Assembly (NCBI GenBank): GCA_015256915.3
Contig: CP076101.2
Span: 570,001-602,000 of the forward strand
Length of the DNA: 32,000 nucleotides
Source: Candidatus Saccharimonas sp.
GTDB taxonomy: Bacteria; Patescibacteriota; Saccharimonadia; Saccharimonadales; Saccharimonadaceae
Reading direction: 5' to 3'
Shown here: piece by piece, positions 7,590-16,107 of the stretch
How positions within the stretch are numbered: position 1 is the first letter of the stretch
How the letters are laid out: every line of letters starts with the position of its first letter
Notes under the pieces: generated by a model
What the model saw: only the letters and a program-made list of their open reading frames with translations
What the model was told of the DNA's origin: nothing
Database searches by the model: none
Program-made: the position numbers and the translations under genes

Positions 7590-8915
7590 TTAAAGATTAA
7601 ACAAATCATTTAGACTTTCAGCCACGGTTGGGTGGGTAAAAATCTGGTCTCGCAGAACAGTATAATCAAGTCCAGTGTCAATCGCCGTTTTTATAATATT
7701 TATAACTTCCGGCGAATTATAACAAAACAGAGCTGCGCCTAAAATTTTATTAGTTTTCGAATCTACAATCGCTCGCAAAAGACCAGTTGTTTTAAATTCA
7801 AGCTGGAGTTTTGGCACTGCTGCTGCCGGAATTTCCTTTATCTTAATCTTGAAACCTTCCTCCAAAGCTTGTTTTTCAGTTAATCCAACTTTCGAAAATG
7901 GAACCTGCAAAAAAATCGAATTTGGCAAATTAACACGATTTTTTAGAGAATATTTTCCGTCACCATAAAACTGTGAGCGCAAAATTCGAAAATCATCTAA
8001 AGAAGTATAAGTAAATTGCTCTTTTCCTCTCACATCACCAACCGCCCAAACTTTTGAATTTGAAGTTTGAAGATTTTCGTTAGTCCAAATTCCACCATTT
8101 TCAAGTGTTTTAATACCTGCTCGTTCAAGATTTAATTTTGCAGTTACTGGTTTTCGCCCGGTTGAAATTAACACTTTATTAAAAGCTGATTTCTTACCAT
8201 TATTTTGGACTAAAATTCCATTTTCAACATTTTCGAAAGCCTCAATATTTGCATTAAACTCAAAATTAACACCTTGCGAAACTAAAAAGTCAAAAATTGC
8301 TTTTTGCATCGAATCATCTTCATTAGCTAAAATCTTATCGCCTCGCTCAAAAATTGTTACTTTCGTTCCCAACTTCGCAAAAGTTGAAGCGAACTCTAGA
8401 CCAATAAATCCACCACCAATAATTGCTAGGCCGTCAATTGCCTCCTGATTATCAAGAAGCTCTGTACTAGTTAAAATTTTTGAGTCCTTTAAACCTTCTT
8501 CAATTCCTGAAATTTTAGGAATAGAACTTTCTGCACCAGTATTAATAATAATCTTATCAGCCGAAAGCTCAAGTTTTTCATCATTCGATTCAACTAAAAT
8601 TGTGTTTTCATCTAAAAATGAACCAAAGCCGTCAAAAACTGTAATCGACTCGTTATCTGCAAGCATATTATAATTTTTTGAATTTAGCCTCTGCACAACA
8701 TCAAATTTTTGCGAAATTGCTTCTTCGAAAGTTAAATTTTCACTCGCCGCAACCGCTAGAACTTTGGTTGGAATACAAGCAATATTAATACAGGTTCCGC
8801 CATACATTTTCGGCGACTTTTCAATTAATGCAACTTTTTCACCTTTATTAGCAGCCAGAACTGCCAAAGTTTTTCCAGCTTTTCCAAATCCAATTATAAT
8901 TTTATCAAATTTCAT
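7590..8915 (-). CDS. class I pyridine nucleotide-disulfide oxidoreductase (RclA/MerA/Lpd-like flavoprotein)
   Basis: 441 aa with an FAD-binding GFGKAG motif, the redox-active disulfide GGTCINIACIPTK, an NAD(P)-binding IIGGGFIGLEFA motif and a C-terminal dimerisation domain with THPT. Substrate not assignable. Confidence 0.85.
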   Translation of the reverse strand: MKFDKIIIGFGKAGKTLAVLAANKGEKVALIEKSPKMYGGTCINIACIPTKVLAVAASENLTFEEAISQKFDVVQRLNSKNYNMLADNESITVFDGFGSFLDENTILVESNDEKLELSADKIIINTGAESSIPKISGIEEGLKDSKILTSTELLDNQEAIDGLAIIGGGFIGLEFASTFAKLGTKVTIFERGDKILANEDDSMQKAIFDFLVSQGVNFEFNANIEAFENVENGILVQNNGKKSAFNKVLISTGRKPVTAKLNLERAGIKTLENGGIWTNENLQTSNSKVWAVGDVRGKEQFTYTSLDDFRILRSQFYGDGKYSLKNRVNLPNSIFLQVPFSKVGLTEKQALEEGFKIKIKEIPAAAVPKLQLEFKTTGLLRAIVDSKTNKILGAALFCYNSPEVINIIKTAIDTGLDYTVLRDQIFTHPTVAESLNDLFNL

Positions 8916-8970
8916 TTTTACCTCTTTTCTATTTTAATTTTAACACATTTTACTTAGAAAAGTCTTAAAA

Positions 8971-9002
8971 TTGTAAGAAAAAGAAAAACCCCCGAGACTT
9001 CG
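8971..9002 (-). terminator. intrinsic terminator of the gene ending at 9049
   Basis: On the minus strand, CTCCCGAAGTCTCGGGGG forms a CCCGA/TCGGG stem with a 4-nt loop. It is followed by TTTTTCTTTTTCTT. Confidence 0.6.
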
Positions 9003-9048
9003 GGAGATTTTCTTGGCTCCCCTTGATAGAAATATTACTAACCAGCAA

Positions 9049-10647
9049 CTACTCGGGCGCTATATCGGACAGTCGAAAATCTTCAATTTTAATAGATGAA
9101 TCTGTTGAAAACATAGATAAATTAGAGTCATCTTCATAAGCAGATAGGTATTTTTCATATTCTTTAGAGTCTTGCCAATGCACCCCACTTTTTGCCATGT
9201 TTTTATACAATGATAATGAATTCGGTAAGAATTTATAATGAAATATTACCGATGATATATTTACAAAATTTAACTCTTTCGGAAATACATAATGATCATT
9301 CACGATTAATTCATTTCCAGTGTAATATAGTAGCGGAACCTTTTGTAGACTAGACCTTAAACCAAAAATTCTTCCTCTAGGGCCACCATAAATTCTTAAC
9401 CCGTAAAAAGGGTTGATTTCAGTTTTATAAGTGTTCGAATCTACAAATTTCATATCATTTATATTCTTATTTTTAAAAATAGGTTTTTTAGAATATACGT
9501 CTACCATAATAGCTTTAACAGATTTACGGCCATCCTTACTTATGGAGTCAATGTATTCTTTTATCTTTTCATCAACATGGAATAATTCATCAGAATCAAC
9601 ATTCAAATACCATCTGTTAATTCCATAAATATCTAAAATCTGCTGTCTCCAGCTACAAGCCCTAAAACAATTATAGGGAGCTTCAACATTGTATAAATCC
9701 AGTTTAATATCTTTAATATTTTTCGTAATTTCACTTATCTTTTTTATTGAATCATCATCAGAATTATTATTTACCAATACGAAATTCTTAACACCCAATT
9801 CGACATAACGTCTTATCCATTTCTCAAAAAATTCTGAAAAATTATTAAATACACAAACTAAAATAATCTCTTTTTTACTTTTATCAATAGGTTTTAAGGC
9901 ATTTTCAACCTTACTGAGTTTATCATTCAACCCTAAAATTAAATACTTTAGTGTTTCATTATTAAATTCTATATTGTTATAGTCTTTAGCGATATTTACA
10001 TATTTATGTCTGGTTTCACTATTCTTAATTTTGTCTGTTTCTCTAAGCCTTTTGCTAACTTCAAAATTCGATATATCACTCAATAGATTCTTGTGTTTTT
10101 CTAAAAATTGAAAATCAACATCTTTAAAAACTTCGAATTTACCTTTTTTCGCGTGAGAAGATTTTAACCCTAAAATCCGCTTCATAAAGGATATAATCGT
10201 TCCATGAGAAACTATTAATACAGTGTTGTTTTTGAAATTATTCTTTTGAACATCAGTTAAAAAATCGCATAATCTGCTTTCAATACTATATTTACTGTCA
10301 CCATATTGGCCAAATCTAATAAAAAAATCTCCAGCGACTTGCTTTTCCCTAACCTCATCTAGCTCCGCAGAGTTTTCTTTTCCATTAAATTTACCCCAAT
10401 TTATCTCTCTAATACGGTCATCTATTTCAACATTAAGGTTTCGATTATCTGCAACTTCTTTCGCTGTTTGTAGAGTTCTAATTAACGGTGAGGCGTATAT
10501 TTTATCTATTCTAGGTAGTAATTTTACTGATTCGATAACTTGCTTTCTACCATTTTCAGTCAATATTGAACATTGTATTTCTTGGCTTGATAAAATTTCA
10601 CGCGTATTATCTAAAGCTTCACCATGCCTCATAAATATTAAGTTCAT
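9049..10647 (-). CDS. fusion protein: histidine phosphatase (PGAM-like) N-terminal domain plus GT2-like glycosyltransferase (Glyco_tranf_2_4-type) C-terminal domain
   Basis: N-terminus: LIFMRHGEALDN (RHG motif), ASPLIRTLQTA and VSHGTIISF. C-terminus: ILVCVFNNFSEFFEKWIRRYVELGVKNFVLVNNNSDD followed by NVDSDELF (DxD-like). The gene is clearly more AT-rich than its neighbours, with sampled 60-nt lines at about 17-25% GC. Confidence 0.7.
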   Translation of the reverse strand: MNLIFMRHGEALDNTREILSSQEIQCSILTENGRKQVIESVKLLPRIDKIYASPLIRTLQTAKEVADNRNLNVEIDDRIREINWGKFNGKENSAELDEVREKQVAGDFFIRFGQYGDSKYSIESRLCDFLTDVQKNNFKNNTVLIVSHGTIISFMKRILGLKSSHAKKGKFEVFKDVDFQFLEKHKNLLSDISNFEVSKRLRETDKIKNSETRHKYVNIAKDYNNIEFNNETLKYLILGLNDKLSKVENALKPIDKSKKEIILVCVFNNFSEFFEKWIRRYVELGVKNFVLVNNNSDDDSIKKISEITKNIKDIKLDLYNVEAPYNCFRACSWRQQILDIYGINRWYLNVDSDELFHVDEKIKEYIDSISKDGRKSVKAIMVDVYSKKPIFKNKNINDMKFVDSNTYKTEINPFYGLRIYGGPRGRIFGLRSSLQKVPLLYYTGNELIVNDHYVFPKELNFVNISSVIFHYKFLPNSLSLYKNMAKSGVHWQDSKEYEKYLSAYEDDSNLSMFSTDSSIKIEDFRLSDIAPE

Positions 10648-10819
10648 AATATATCCTATCTAGCTCTTCTATTTTTATCAGACTAGTCATATTTTTTCTA
10701 TTATGATATATCAATTGGAAATTTTTTGCAATATAGAATTAAATAAAAAATAAAAAAGGCTCTATTTTAATCTGTTAGAACCTTTTCTCACATTATCAAA
10801 TTGTCATAAAACTCAAATT

Positions 10820-10894
10820 TGGCTCCGGCAGCTGGGCTCGAACCAGCGACCTATTGGTTAACAGCCAACCGCTCTACCACTGAGCTATGCCGGA
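10820..10894 (-). tRNA. tRNA-Asn (GUU)
   Basis: Reverse complement: TCCGGCA-TA-GCTC-AGTGGTA-GAGC-G-GTTGG-CTGTTAA-CCAAT-AGGTC-GCTGG-TTCGAGC-CCAGC-TGCCGGA-G-CCA. Confidence 0.9.
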
Positions 10895-10950
10895 ATAATA
10901 ATCTTATTATACACGAGTTTTTTAATAATTTCAAGACTTTTTTCTATTTT

Positions 10951-10986
10951 TTCAGAAAAATCGGCCCACTTTGTTAGTGAGCCGAT
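10951..10986 (-). terminator. intrinsic terminator of the ABC permease gene
   Basis: ATCGGCCCAC (10960-10969) pairs with GTGAGCCGAT (10977-10986) with one mismatch. On the minus strand it is followed by TTTTTCTG. Confidence 0.6.
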
Positions 10987-10997
10987 TTTTATTATCT

Positions 10998-12302
10998 CTA
11001 TTCAGTTCGAAGAGCCTCAATTGGGTTCATCTTTGCTGCTTTTCGCGCTGGCAAGAATCCAGAGATCACCGAAAGTAACATCAAACCAACCACCAATAAA
11101 ATCCAAGCGAATAAATCTGGTTGAAGTAAATTCGTATCCACGCCAGAAGTTTTTTGTAGTTTTAAAACACTACTGATTACAGGGTTTAAGAAAGTAATTC
11201 CATACGCTACAACAATTCCAATAATTCCACCAAATAAACCAATCAGCGCCGCTTCGTATCTAAAAAGTTTCGAAACATCACTCTTTCGCATTCCGAGCGA
11301 TTTCATCAAACCAATTTGTGAAGTTCGCTCTAAAACTGAAATATATTGCGTATTAATAATTCCAAAAGCTGAAGCAAGAAGCGTTAAAAATCCAAATCCA
11401 GCAAGACCCGCCGCCATAACATTAATTGCTGCTTGAACCGTTGCTTTATCATCTGCAAAAGTGGAAACTTGGTAAAATTCACCACCGTTTAATGCTGTAA
11501 TTTCCTTTTTAATTTCATCAACTTTTCGTATGCCGTCGGTTGTTACGCTCGCACTATAAAACCGCATTTCACCAGAATTTTGCTTTTTCGCAATTTCCAA
11601 ACCATCACTATTATTCATCCAGAAATTTCCTTGATAGTTAAAGTTAGTATCCGTTTTTCCGGCATCAACTGCTTGAATTTCAAAAGTCTTTTCGAAAGTT
11701 TTACCTTCCGCATCTTTCATTTCGAAAACTACTTTTTTGCCCACGATATCAGCAGAAATTTTACCTCCAAAAGGTTCAACATAAGCTTTTGGTGCGATAA
11801 CTTTTCCATTATCAATTTGATTATTTTTGCTGAGCTTTCCGGCTGAAAGACCCATCTCTTGTTCGTCATTTTTTGTCGCAACGCTTCCATCATATTTTAC
11901 TCCATTTTCAACACGAATAGTATCAATATTTATAGGAACTTTTGGTGAAACGTTTCGAACGCCTTTAATTTTTGTGATTTTTTGTAAATCTTCATTTTTT
12001 ATTGAATGCTTTTCCATATCAGCTTCAGCCAAATTTTTTCGTGAATCTTCAAGTGTAGTTTCAACCTTATTTGGTGCATAAGGGTCTTTTTTATTCTTGA
12101 TTAATCGCGAGATAGTTAAAGCATTTTGATCGCCTAACTTGTTAGCTAGACTTTCAACATAAGCATTGCCGCCCTTTCCGGCTGCAATTGCGAGTGCAAC
12201 AGTTGTCGCGCCAACCGCAATCGCCAAACTCGTCAAAATTGTTCGCCCTTTTGCTAAACGAATATTTTTTCCAGCTCGCTTAATAATATCAACTCTACGC
12301 AT
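10998..12302 (-). CDS. ABC transporter permease, FtsX/MacB type
   Basis: N-terminal TM, large extracytoplasmic domain and C-terminal FtsX-like 3-TM bundle (GLMKSLGMRKSDVSKLFRYEAALIG). The track start 12317 is a TTG. The ATG at 12302 has GAAGGAG upstream and overlaps the ATPase stop (ATGCGTAG). Confidence 0.85.
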   Translation of the reverse strand: MRRVDIIKRAGKNIRLAKGRTILTSLAIAVGATTVALAIAAGKGGNAYVESLANKLGDQNALTISRLIKNKKDPYAPNKVETTLEDSRKNLAEADMEKHSIKNEDLQKITKIKGVRNVSPKVPINIDTIRVENGVKYDGSVATKNDEQEMGLSAGKLSKNNQIDNGKVIAPKAYVEPFGGKISADIVGKKVVFEMKDAEGKTFEKTFEIQAVDAGKTDTNFNYQGNFWMNNSDGLEIAKKQNSGEMRFYSASVTTDGIRKVDEIKKEITALNGGEFYQVSTFADDKATVQAAINVMAAGLAGFGFLTLLASAFGIINTQYISVLERTSQIGLMKSLGMRKSDVSKLFRYEAALIGLFGGIIGIVVAYGITFLNPVISSVLKLQKTSGVDTNLLQPDLFAWILLVVGLMLLSVISGFLPARKAAKMNPIEALRTE

Positions 12303-12981
12303 TTTTAACTCCTTCAATATGCTCTATTTCGCCATCTTTTATCCGAATCCGAATATCACACTTTTCTGCCAATTCTTCATCGTGAGTAATAATAAATAGC
12401 GTTGCACCAGACTTTTTATTATATTCAAAAAGTAATTTTTCAATTTTTTCACTAGTTGCGGAATCCAAATTTCCCGTTGGCTCATCCGCAAAAATTATTT
12501 CTGGCGAGTTTACAATTGCTCGCGCAATTGCAAGGCGCTGTTTTTGCCCACCCGAAAGGTCACGAGCTGGTGTTTTAATTTTATCTTTCAAGCCAACCGC
12601 TTTTAGGGCGTCTTCTACAATTTCTTTCCTTCGAAAAATTGGCTCTTCAGCAATTTCAAGCGGTAAACTCACATTTTCGAAACAAGTTTCATTTCCCTGC
12701 ACAAAAAAGCTTTGAAAAATAAATCCCATTTTTTTCGAACGAAATTTATCAATCTTCTTTTGATTCATTGATAAAATATTTACTCCATCCATTAAAACTT
12801 CACCTTTTTCTGGAGCATCTAGGCCACTCATTGCATGAATCAGTGTTGATTTTCCACTTCCCGATTTCCCAATAATCGCCACGCTTGAACCATTTTCAAT
12901 CTTGAAACTTACATCTTTTAACGCCTGAAAACGATTCTTCTTTTTGCCATAAATTTTTGAAATATTTCGAACTTCAATCAT
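12295..12981 (-). CDS. ABC transporter ATP-binding protein (MacB/LolD-like)
   Basis: Walker A GKSGSGKST, Q-loop, signature LSGGQKQRLAIARA, Walker B IIFADEPTGNLD and H-loop ITHD. Confidence 0.92.
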   Translation of the reverse strand: MIEVRNISKIYGKKKNRFQALKDVSFKIENGSSVAIIGKSGSGKSTLIHAMSGLDAPEKGEVLMDGVNILSMNQKKIDKFRSKKMGFIFQSFFVQGNETCFENVSLPLEIAEEPIFRRKEIVEDALKAVGLKDKIKTPARDLSGGQKQRLAIARAIVNSPEIIFADEPTGNLDSATSEKIEKLLFEYNKKSGATLFIITHDEELAEKCDIRIRIKDGEIEHIEGVKNA

Positions 12982-12994
12982 ATTCCTCCTTTAA

Positions 12995-14575
12995 TTAAAA
13001 TTCATCTCTATCTAAATTTTCAAGATAAAAACATTGGCCTTTAGTATTCTCGTTAAAATCATAGTTATTCACTTTTACATTTTTTGCGCGAGCTTTCAAA
13101 CGAGTGACTTTTGGACTATTAAAACTACAATTTTTAGTTTTAACATTTGCATTTTCAACATTATTTAGTTCAACACTTCCACTATTTGAATTTAATGTTA
13201 AGTTCAAAACATCAATATGTTTTCCTGAAAACACGCCATATTCACCTTTCGAAATCTCTAAATTTGTAATTTTGGCTGAATTTTCAAAATAAACTGAACC
13301 GCCATTCATTTTTACTTTCATATTCTCAGTATCTTTCGCAAAATAATTTACATTCGAATTTGAAGTTACATCAATTTCATTTAGTTCTGGGCCATAAATA
13401 TGAATTTCCTCATAGCCTAATCCGCCAAAATATAGATTTTGTGGAACATTATTTAAGCTCAATTTTAAAGTTTCTCCTTCAAAATCAACTTTTAAATTGT
13501 GTTTTCGAAAATTCATATGCGTAAATTCAATTTTTCGCTCATCTGAAATATGATAGAACACAGAAACTGAAGAATCAACTTTTAGTTTTTTAACACTTTT
13601 CATTTTTTCAGAATTAAATTTAATTTGCTCAGAAACTAAACTTTTCGAAATTTTTTCATTAGCCTTATCACGTAAAATTGAGGTAAAAGAAATCGATCCC
13701 AAAATTCCACCTAAAGCAACTACCACCGAAACAATAATTGCTATAATATCAATTTTCGAAGCCTTCAATTTAAACAGCATTTTTGCAATAAAAGCCGTAA
13801 AAATCAAATACGAAATTCCCATTATATTTGCTGAAATTATTATACCAGTTGCAGCACTCTTTGCGTTGGCAAAATTAGCCATTTCGCCAATTTGCATTAA
13901 TGCCCAGTTTCCAAAAAACATCGCTAGGATTCCACCAAGAAAAGCAAAAACTGTAAAAATTCCAAAAATTATCCCAAAAATTCGAGCAATTTTCATATTT
14001 CGAGCTGCATTTTTCTCGAAATTATATTCTTCGTTAACTTCTCGAATTGCACTTGCTGTAATAACTTCACCGCGAAGTCGTAAAATATCATTAGCATTTT
14101 TTGCCGCTGGAATGATAAGAATTGATAGAATATAAATTGGAACAATTGCGCCAAAACTTACAAAAAACATAACCGCTAAAGCTAACCTAACCCAAACCAT
14201 ATCAATTCTCAAATATTGTGCTAATCCTGCTGCCACACCTGAAATCATTCCGTTTTGTTCGTCTCGAAATAGCTTTTTTGAAATTTTCGGAATGCGAATT
14301 TCTTCATTTTCACCATCAAAATTCAAATCTTGAAATACTTCTGGTGAGCCAATTTGAGCCTCAATTTTCGAAATTTCTTTTTCAGTGATTACTCCGCCTT
14401 CTTTTATACCAAGTTCTGCTAGAATTTCAGTAATTCGAATTTCAACATCCTCAAAAATATCTTCATCGCCAGAGTATATTTTTAAATCTTTTAGATATTT
14501 CTCAAGCCTCTTTTTGGCATAAATTTCAATTTCGTAAGGAATTTTCGCCAAATGAATTCTTGTAATTTCTTTCAT
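12995..14575 (-). CDS. PspC-domain membrane protein with PadR-associated N-terminal helical region and beta-rich C-terminal domain
   Basis: PspC domain GMISGVAAGLAQYLRIDMVWVRLALAVMFF and several further TM helices. The N-terminal helical segment resembles DUF1700-type sensors paired with PadR. The C-terminal repetitive beta-like region (LNLTLNSNSGSVELNNVENANVKT) resembles DUF4097-type domains. The last two assignments are from memory only. Confidence 0.65.
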   Translation of the reverse strand: MKEITRIHLAKIPYEIEIYAKKRLEKYLKDLKIYSGDEDIFEDVEIRITEILAELGIKEGGVITEKEISKIEAQIGSPEVFQDLNFDGENEEIRIPKISKKLFRDEQNGMISGVAAGLAQYLRIDMVWVRLALAVMFFVSFGAIVPIYILSILIIPAAKNANDILRLRGEVITASAIREVNEEYNFEKNAARNMKIARIFGIIFGIFTVFAFLGGILAMFFGNWALMQIGEMANFANAKSAATGIIISANIMGISYLIFTAFIAKMLFKLKASKIDIIAIIVSVVVALGGILGSISFTSILRDKANEKISKSLVSEQIKFNSEKMKSVKKLKVDSSVSVFYHISDERKIEFTHMNFRKHNLKVDFEGETLKLSLNNVPQNLYFGGLGYEEIHIYGPELNEIDVTSNSNVNYFAKDTENMKVKMNGGSVYFENSAKITNLEISKGEYGVFSGKHIDVLNLTLNSNSGSVELNNVENANVKTKNCSFNSPKVTRLKARAKNVKVNNYDFNENTKGQCFYLENLDRDEF

Positions 14576-14583
14576 ATTTCTCC

Positions 14584-14925
14584 TTAAAGTTTGCTGATTG
14601 TTTTATTTAATTTGCTGATTTCTTCGCTAACCTTTTCACAAACACTAGCGCCAAATTCAGTTATTGAATAATATTTTCTAGGTGGACCTTGCTCACTTTC
14701 TTGCCATTCATGGCTTAATAATCCATCTTTTTGCAGTCTTGATAGTAACGGATAAATTGTTCCTTCGACCACAACCATTTTAGCTTCACGCAATTCTTTA
14801 ATGATATCGCTGGTGTAAACTGGCTTTTTTGCACAAACTTTTAGCACGCAAAACGCCATAAAACCTTTTCGCATCTGGGTTGAAATTTGTGAAGCATATT
14901 TTTCAATACTTTCTTGTTCCTTCAT
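14584..14925 (-). CDS. PadR-family transcriptional regulator
   Basis: 113 aa with the winged-helix pattern LKVCAKKPVYTSDIIKELRE...VEGTIYPLLSRLQKDGLLSHEW...PRKYYSITEFG, typical of PadR. Confidence 0.88.
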   Translation of the reverse strand: MKEQESIEKYASQISTQMRKGFMAFCVLKVCAKKPVYTSDIIKELREAKMVVVEGTIYPLLSRLQKDGLLSHEWQESEQGPPRKYYSITEFGASVCEKVSEEISKLNKTISKL

Positions 14926-14980
14926 ACTTCTATGTTATACAAGGTAGTTTAAAAAGTCAAGTACTTTTTTTCAAAAAATA

Positions 14981-15010
14981 AAAAAGTCTGTTCGAAAACA
15001 AACTTTTTTT
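14981..15010 (-). terminator. intrinsic terminator after galE, with TTCGAA at the hairpin apex
   Basis: Minus strand: AAAAAAAGTTTGTT-TTCG-AACAGACTTTTTTATTTTTT. The stem has one mismatch and the loop is the centre of TTCGAA (14991-14996). Confidence 0.55.
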
Positions 15011-15017
15011 AAGATTC

Positions 15018-16031
15018 TTACACTAGCCCATTCGGATTTTTACTTTGCCAATTCCACGAATCTCGACACATCTCCTCAAGTGTTTTTTCAGTTTTCCAGC
15101 CAAGTTCTTTTTCAGCCTTAGTAACATCGGCATAACAAAATGCAATATCACCTGCACGGCGCGAGGTAATTTCGAAAGAAATCTTTTTGCCGGAGGCTTT
15201 TTCGAAAGCACGAACTAGTTCCAAAACACTCACTCCCGAGCCTGAACCGAGATTATAAATTTTAACGCCACCATTCTTGCGGTTACTTTCTAATGCTTTT
15301 AAATGACCCTTAGCTAAATCTACAACATGAATATAGTCACGCACTCCTGTGCCATCAGGAGTTTCGTAATCATCGCCAAAAATTGAAAGTTTTTCTCGTT
15401 TTCCAATGGCAACTTGAGAAATATACGGCATCAAATTGTTTGGAATTCCTTGTGGATCTTCACCAATTAAACCGCTTTCATGCGCACCAATTGGGTTGAA
15501 ATATCGCAAAATTGTAATCGACCAGTGCGTATCAGCCTTTGCTAAATCTTTCAAAATATGCTCAATCACAACTTTAGTATACCCATAAGGATTTGTTGCT
15601 GTTTCACAAGGCATTTCTTCTCGATAAGGAACTGGATTTTTGTCGCCATAAACTGTTGCGCTTGAAGAAAAAACAATATCATAAACGTTAAACTCTCGCA
15701 TAATTTCCAAAAGAGAAATTGTTCCTTGAATATTGTTTTTATAGTATTCAAGTGGCTTCTCAACACTTTCGCCAACTGCTTTTAAGCCTGCAAAATGTAT
15801 CACTTGCTCAATATTATTTTCTTGAAAAATTTTTCGAAGCCCATCTTTATTTAAAATATCAACTTCATAAAATTTAAAATCCTTACCCGAAATTTCACGA
15901 ATTCTCTCTAAAGCCTTAGGTTTTGAATTCAGAAAATTATCAATAATTATAATTTCTTCATTATTTTCAAGAAGTTCAATTGAAGTGTGAGCACCAATAA
16001 ATCCTGCACCGCCAGTTACTAAAATCGCCAT
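15018..16031 (-). CDS. galE: UDP-glucose 4-epimerase
   Basis: 337 aa with GGAGFIG Rossmann motif, [13 protein letters not shown] (YxxxK catalytic motif) and [10 protein letters not shown]. Confidence 0.92.
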   Translation of the reverse strand: MAILVTGGAGFIGAHTSIELLENNEEIIIIDNFLNSKPKALERIREISGKDFKFYEVDILNKDGLRKIFQENNIEQVIHFAGLKAVGESVEKPLEYYKNNIQGTISLLEIMREFNVYDIVFSSSATVYGDKNPVPYREEMPCETATNPYGYTKVVIEHILKDLAKADTHWSITILRYFNPIGAHESGLIGEDPQGIPNNLMPYISQVAIGKREKLSIFGDDYETPDGTGVRDYIHVVDLAKGHLKALESNRKNGGVKIYNLGSGSGVSVLELVRAFEKASGKKISFEITSRRAGDIAFCYADVTKAEKELGWKTEKTLEEMCRDSWNWQSKNPNGLV

Positions 16032-16107
16032 TTTTTCCTTTCATGATATAAAATTAAGCACTTTATAGCATTATTATACTATTTTTCAAAAGACATGGCA
16101 TTTTATC

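Noticed and set aside
9009-9016. TTGGCTCC, identical to the last 8 nt of the tRNA-Asn locus (10819-10826), as a possible att direct repeat bounding an island
   Set aside because: An 8-nt match is expected by chance about once in a 32-kb window on two strands. The match does not extend and there is no integrase. It is kept only as a weak supporting note for the island hypothesis.
11580-12399. Plus-strand ORFs antisense to the ABC permease and ATPase genes (11580-11846, 11827-12081, 12166-12399). The same pattern appears at 13104-13292 and 13866-14135, and inside uvrA (16220-16426, 16630-16868, 17199-17435), aspS (20576-21523), galE (15023-15211, 15566-15775), the dsbA-like gene (23460-23666, 23827-24021), the OTC/arcA genes (27417-27659, 28103-28285), mscS (30008-30271), the XRE gene (4702-4902) and the phosphatase-GT gene (9431-9628).
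   Set aside because: All are embedded in, or antisense to, longer ORFs with strong family signatures. This is typical of shadow ORFs in AT-rich DNA.
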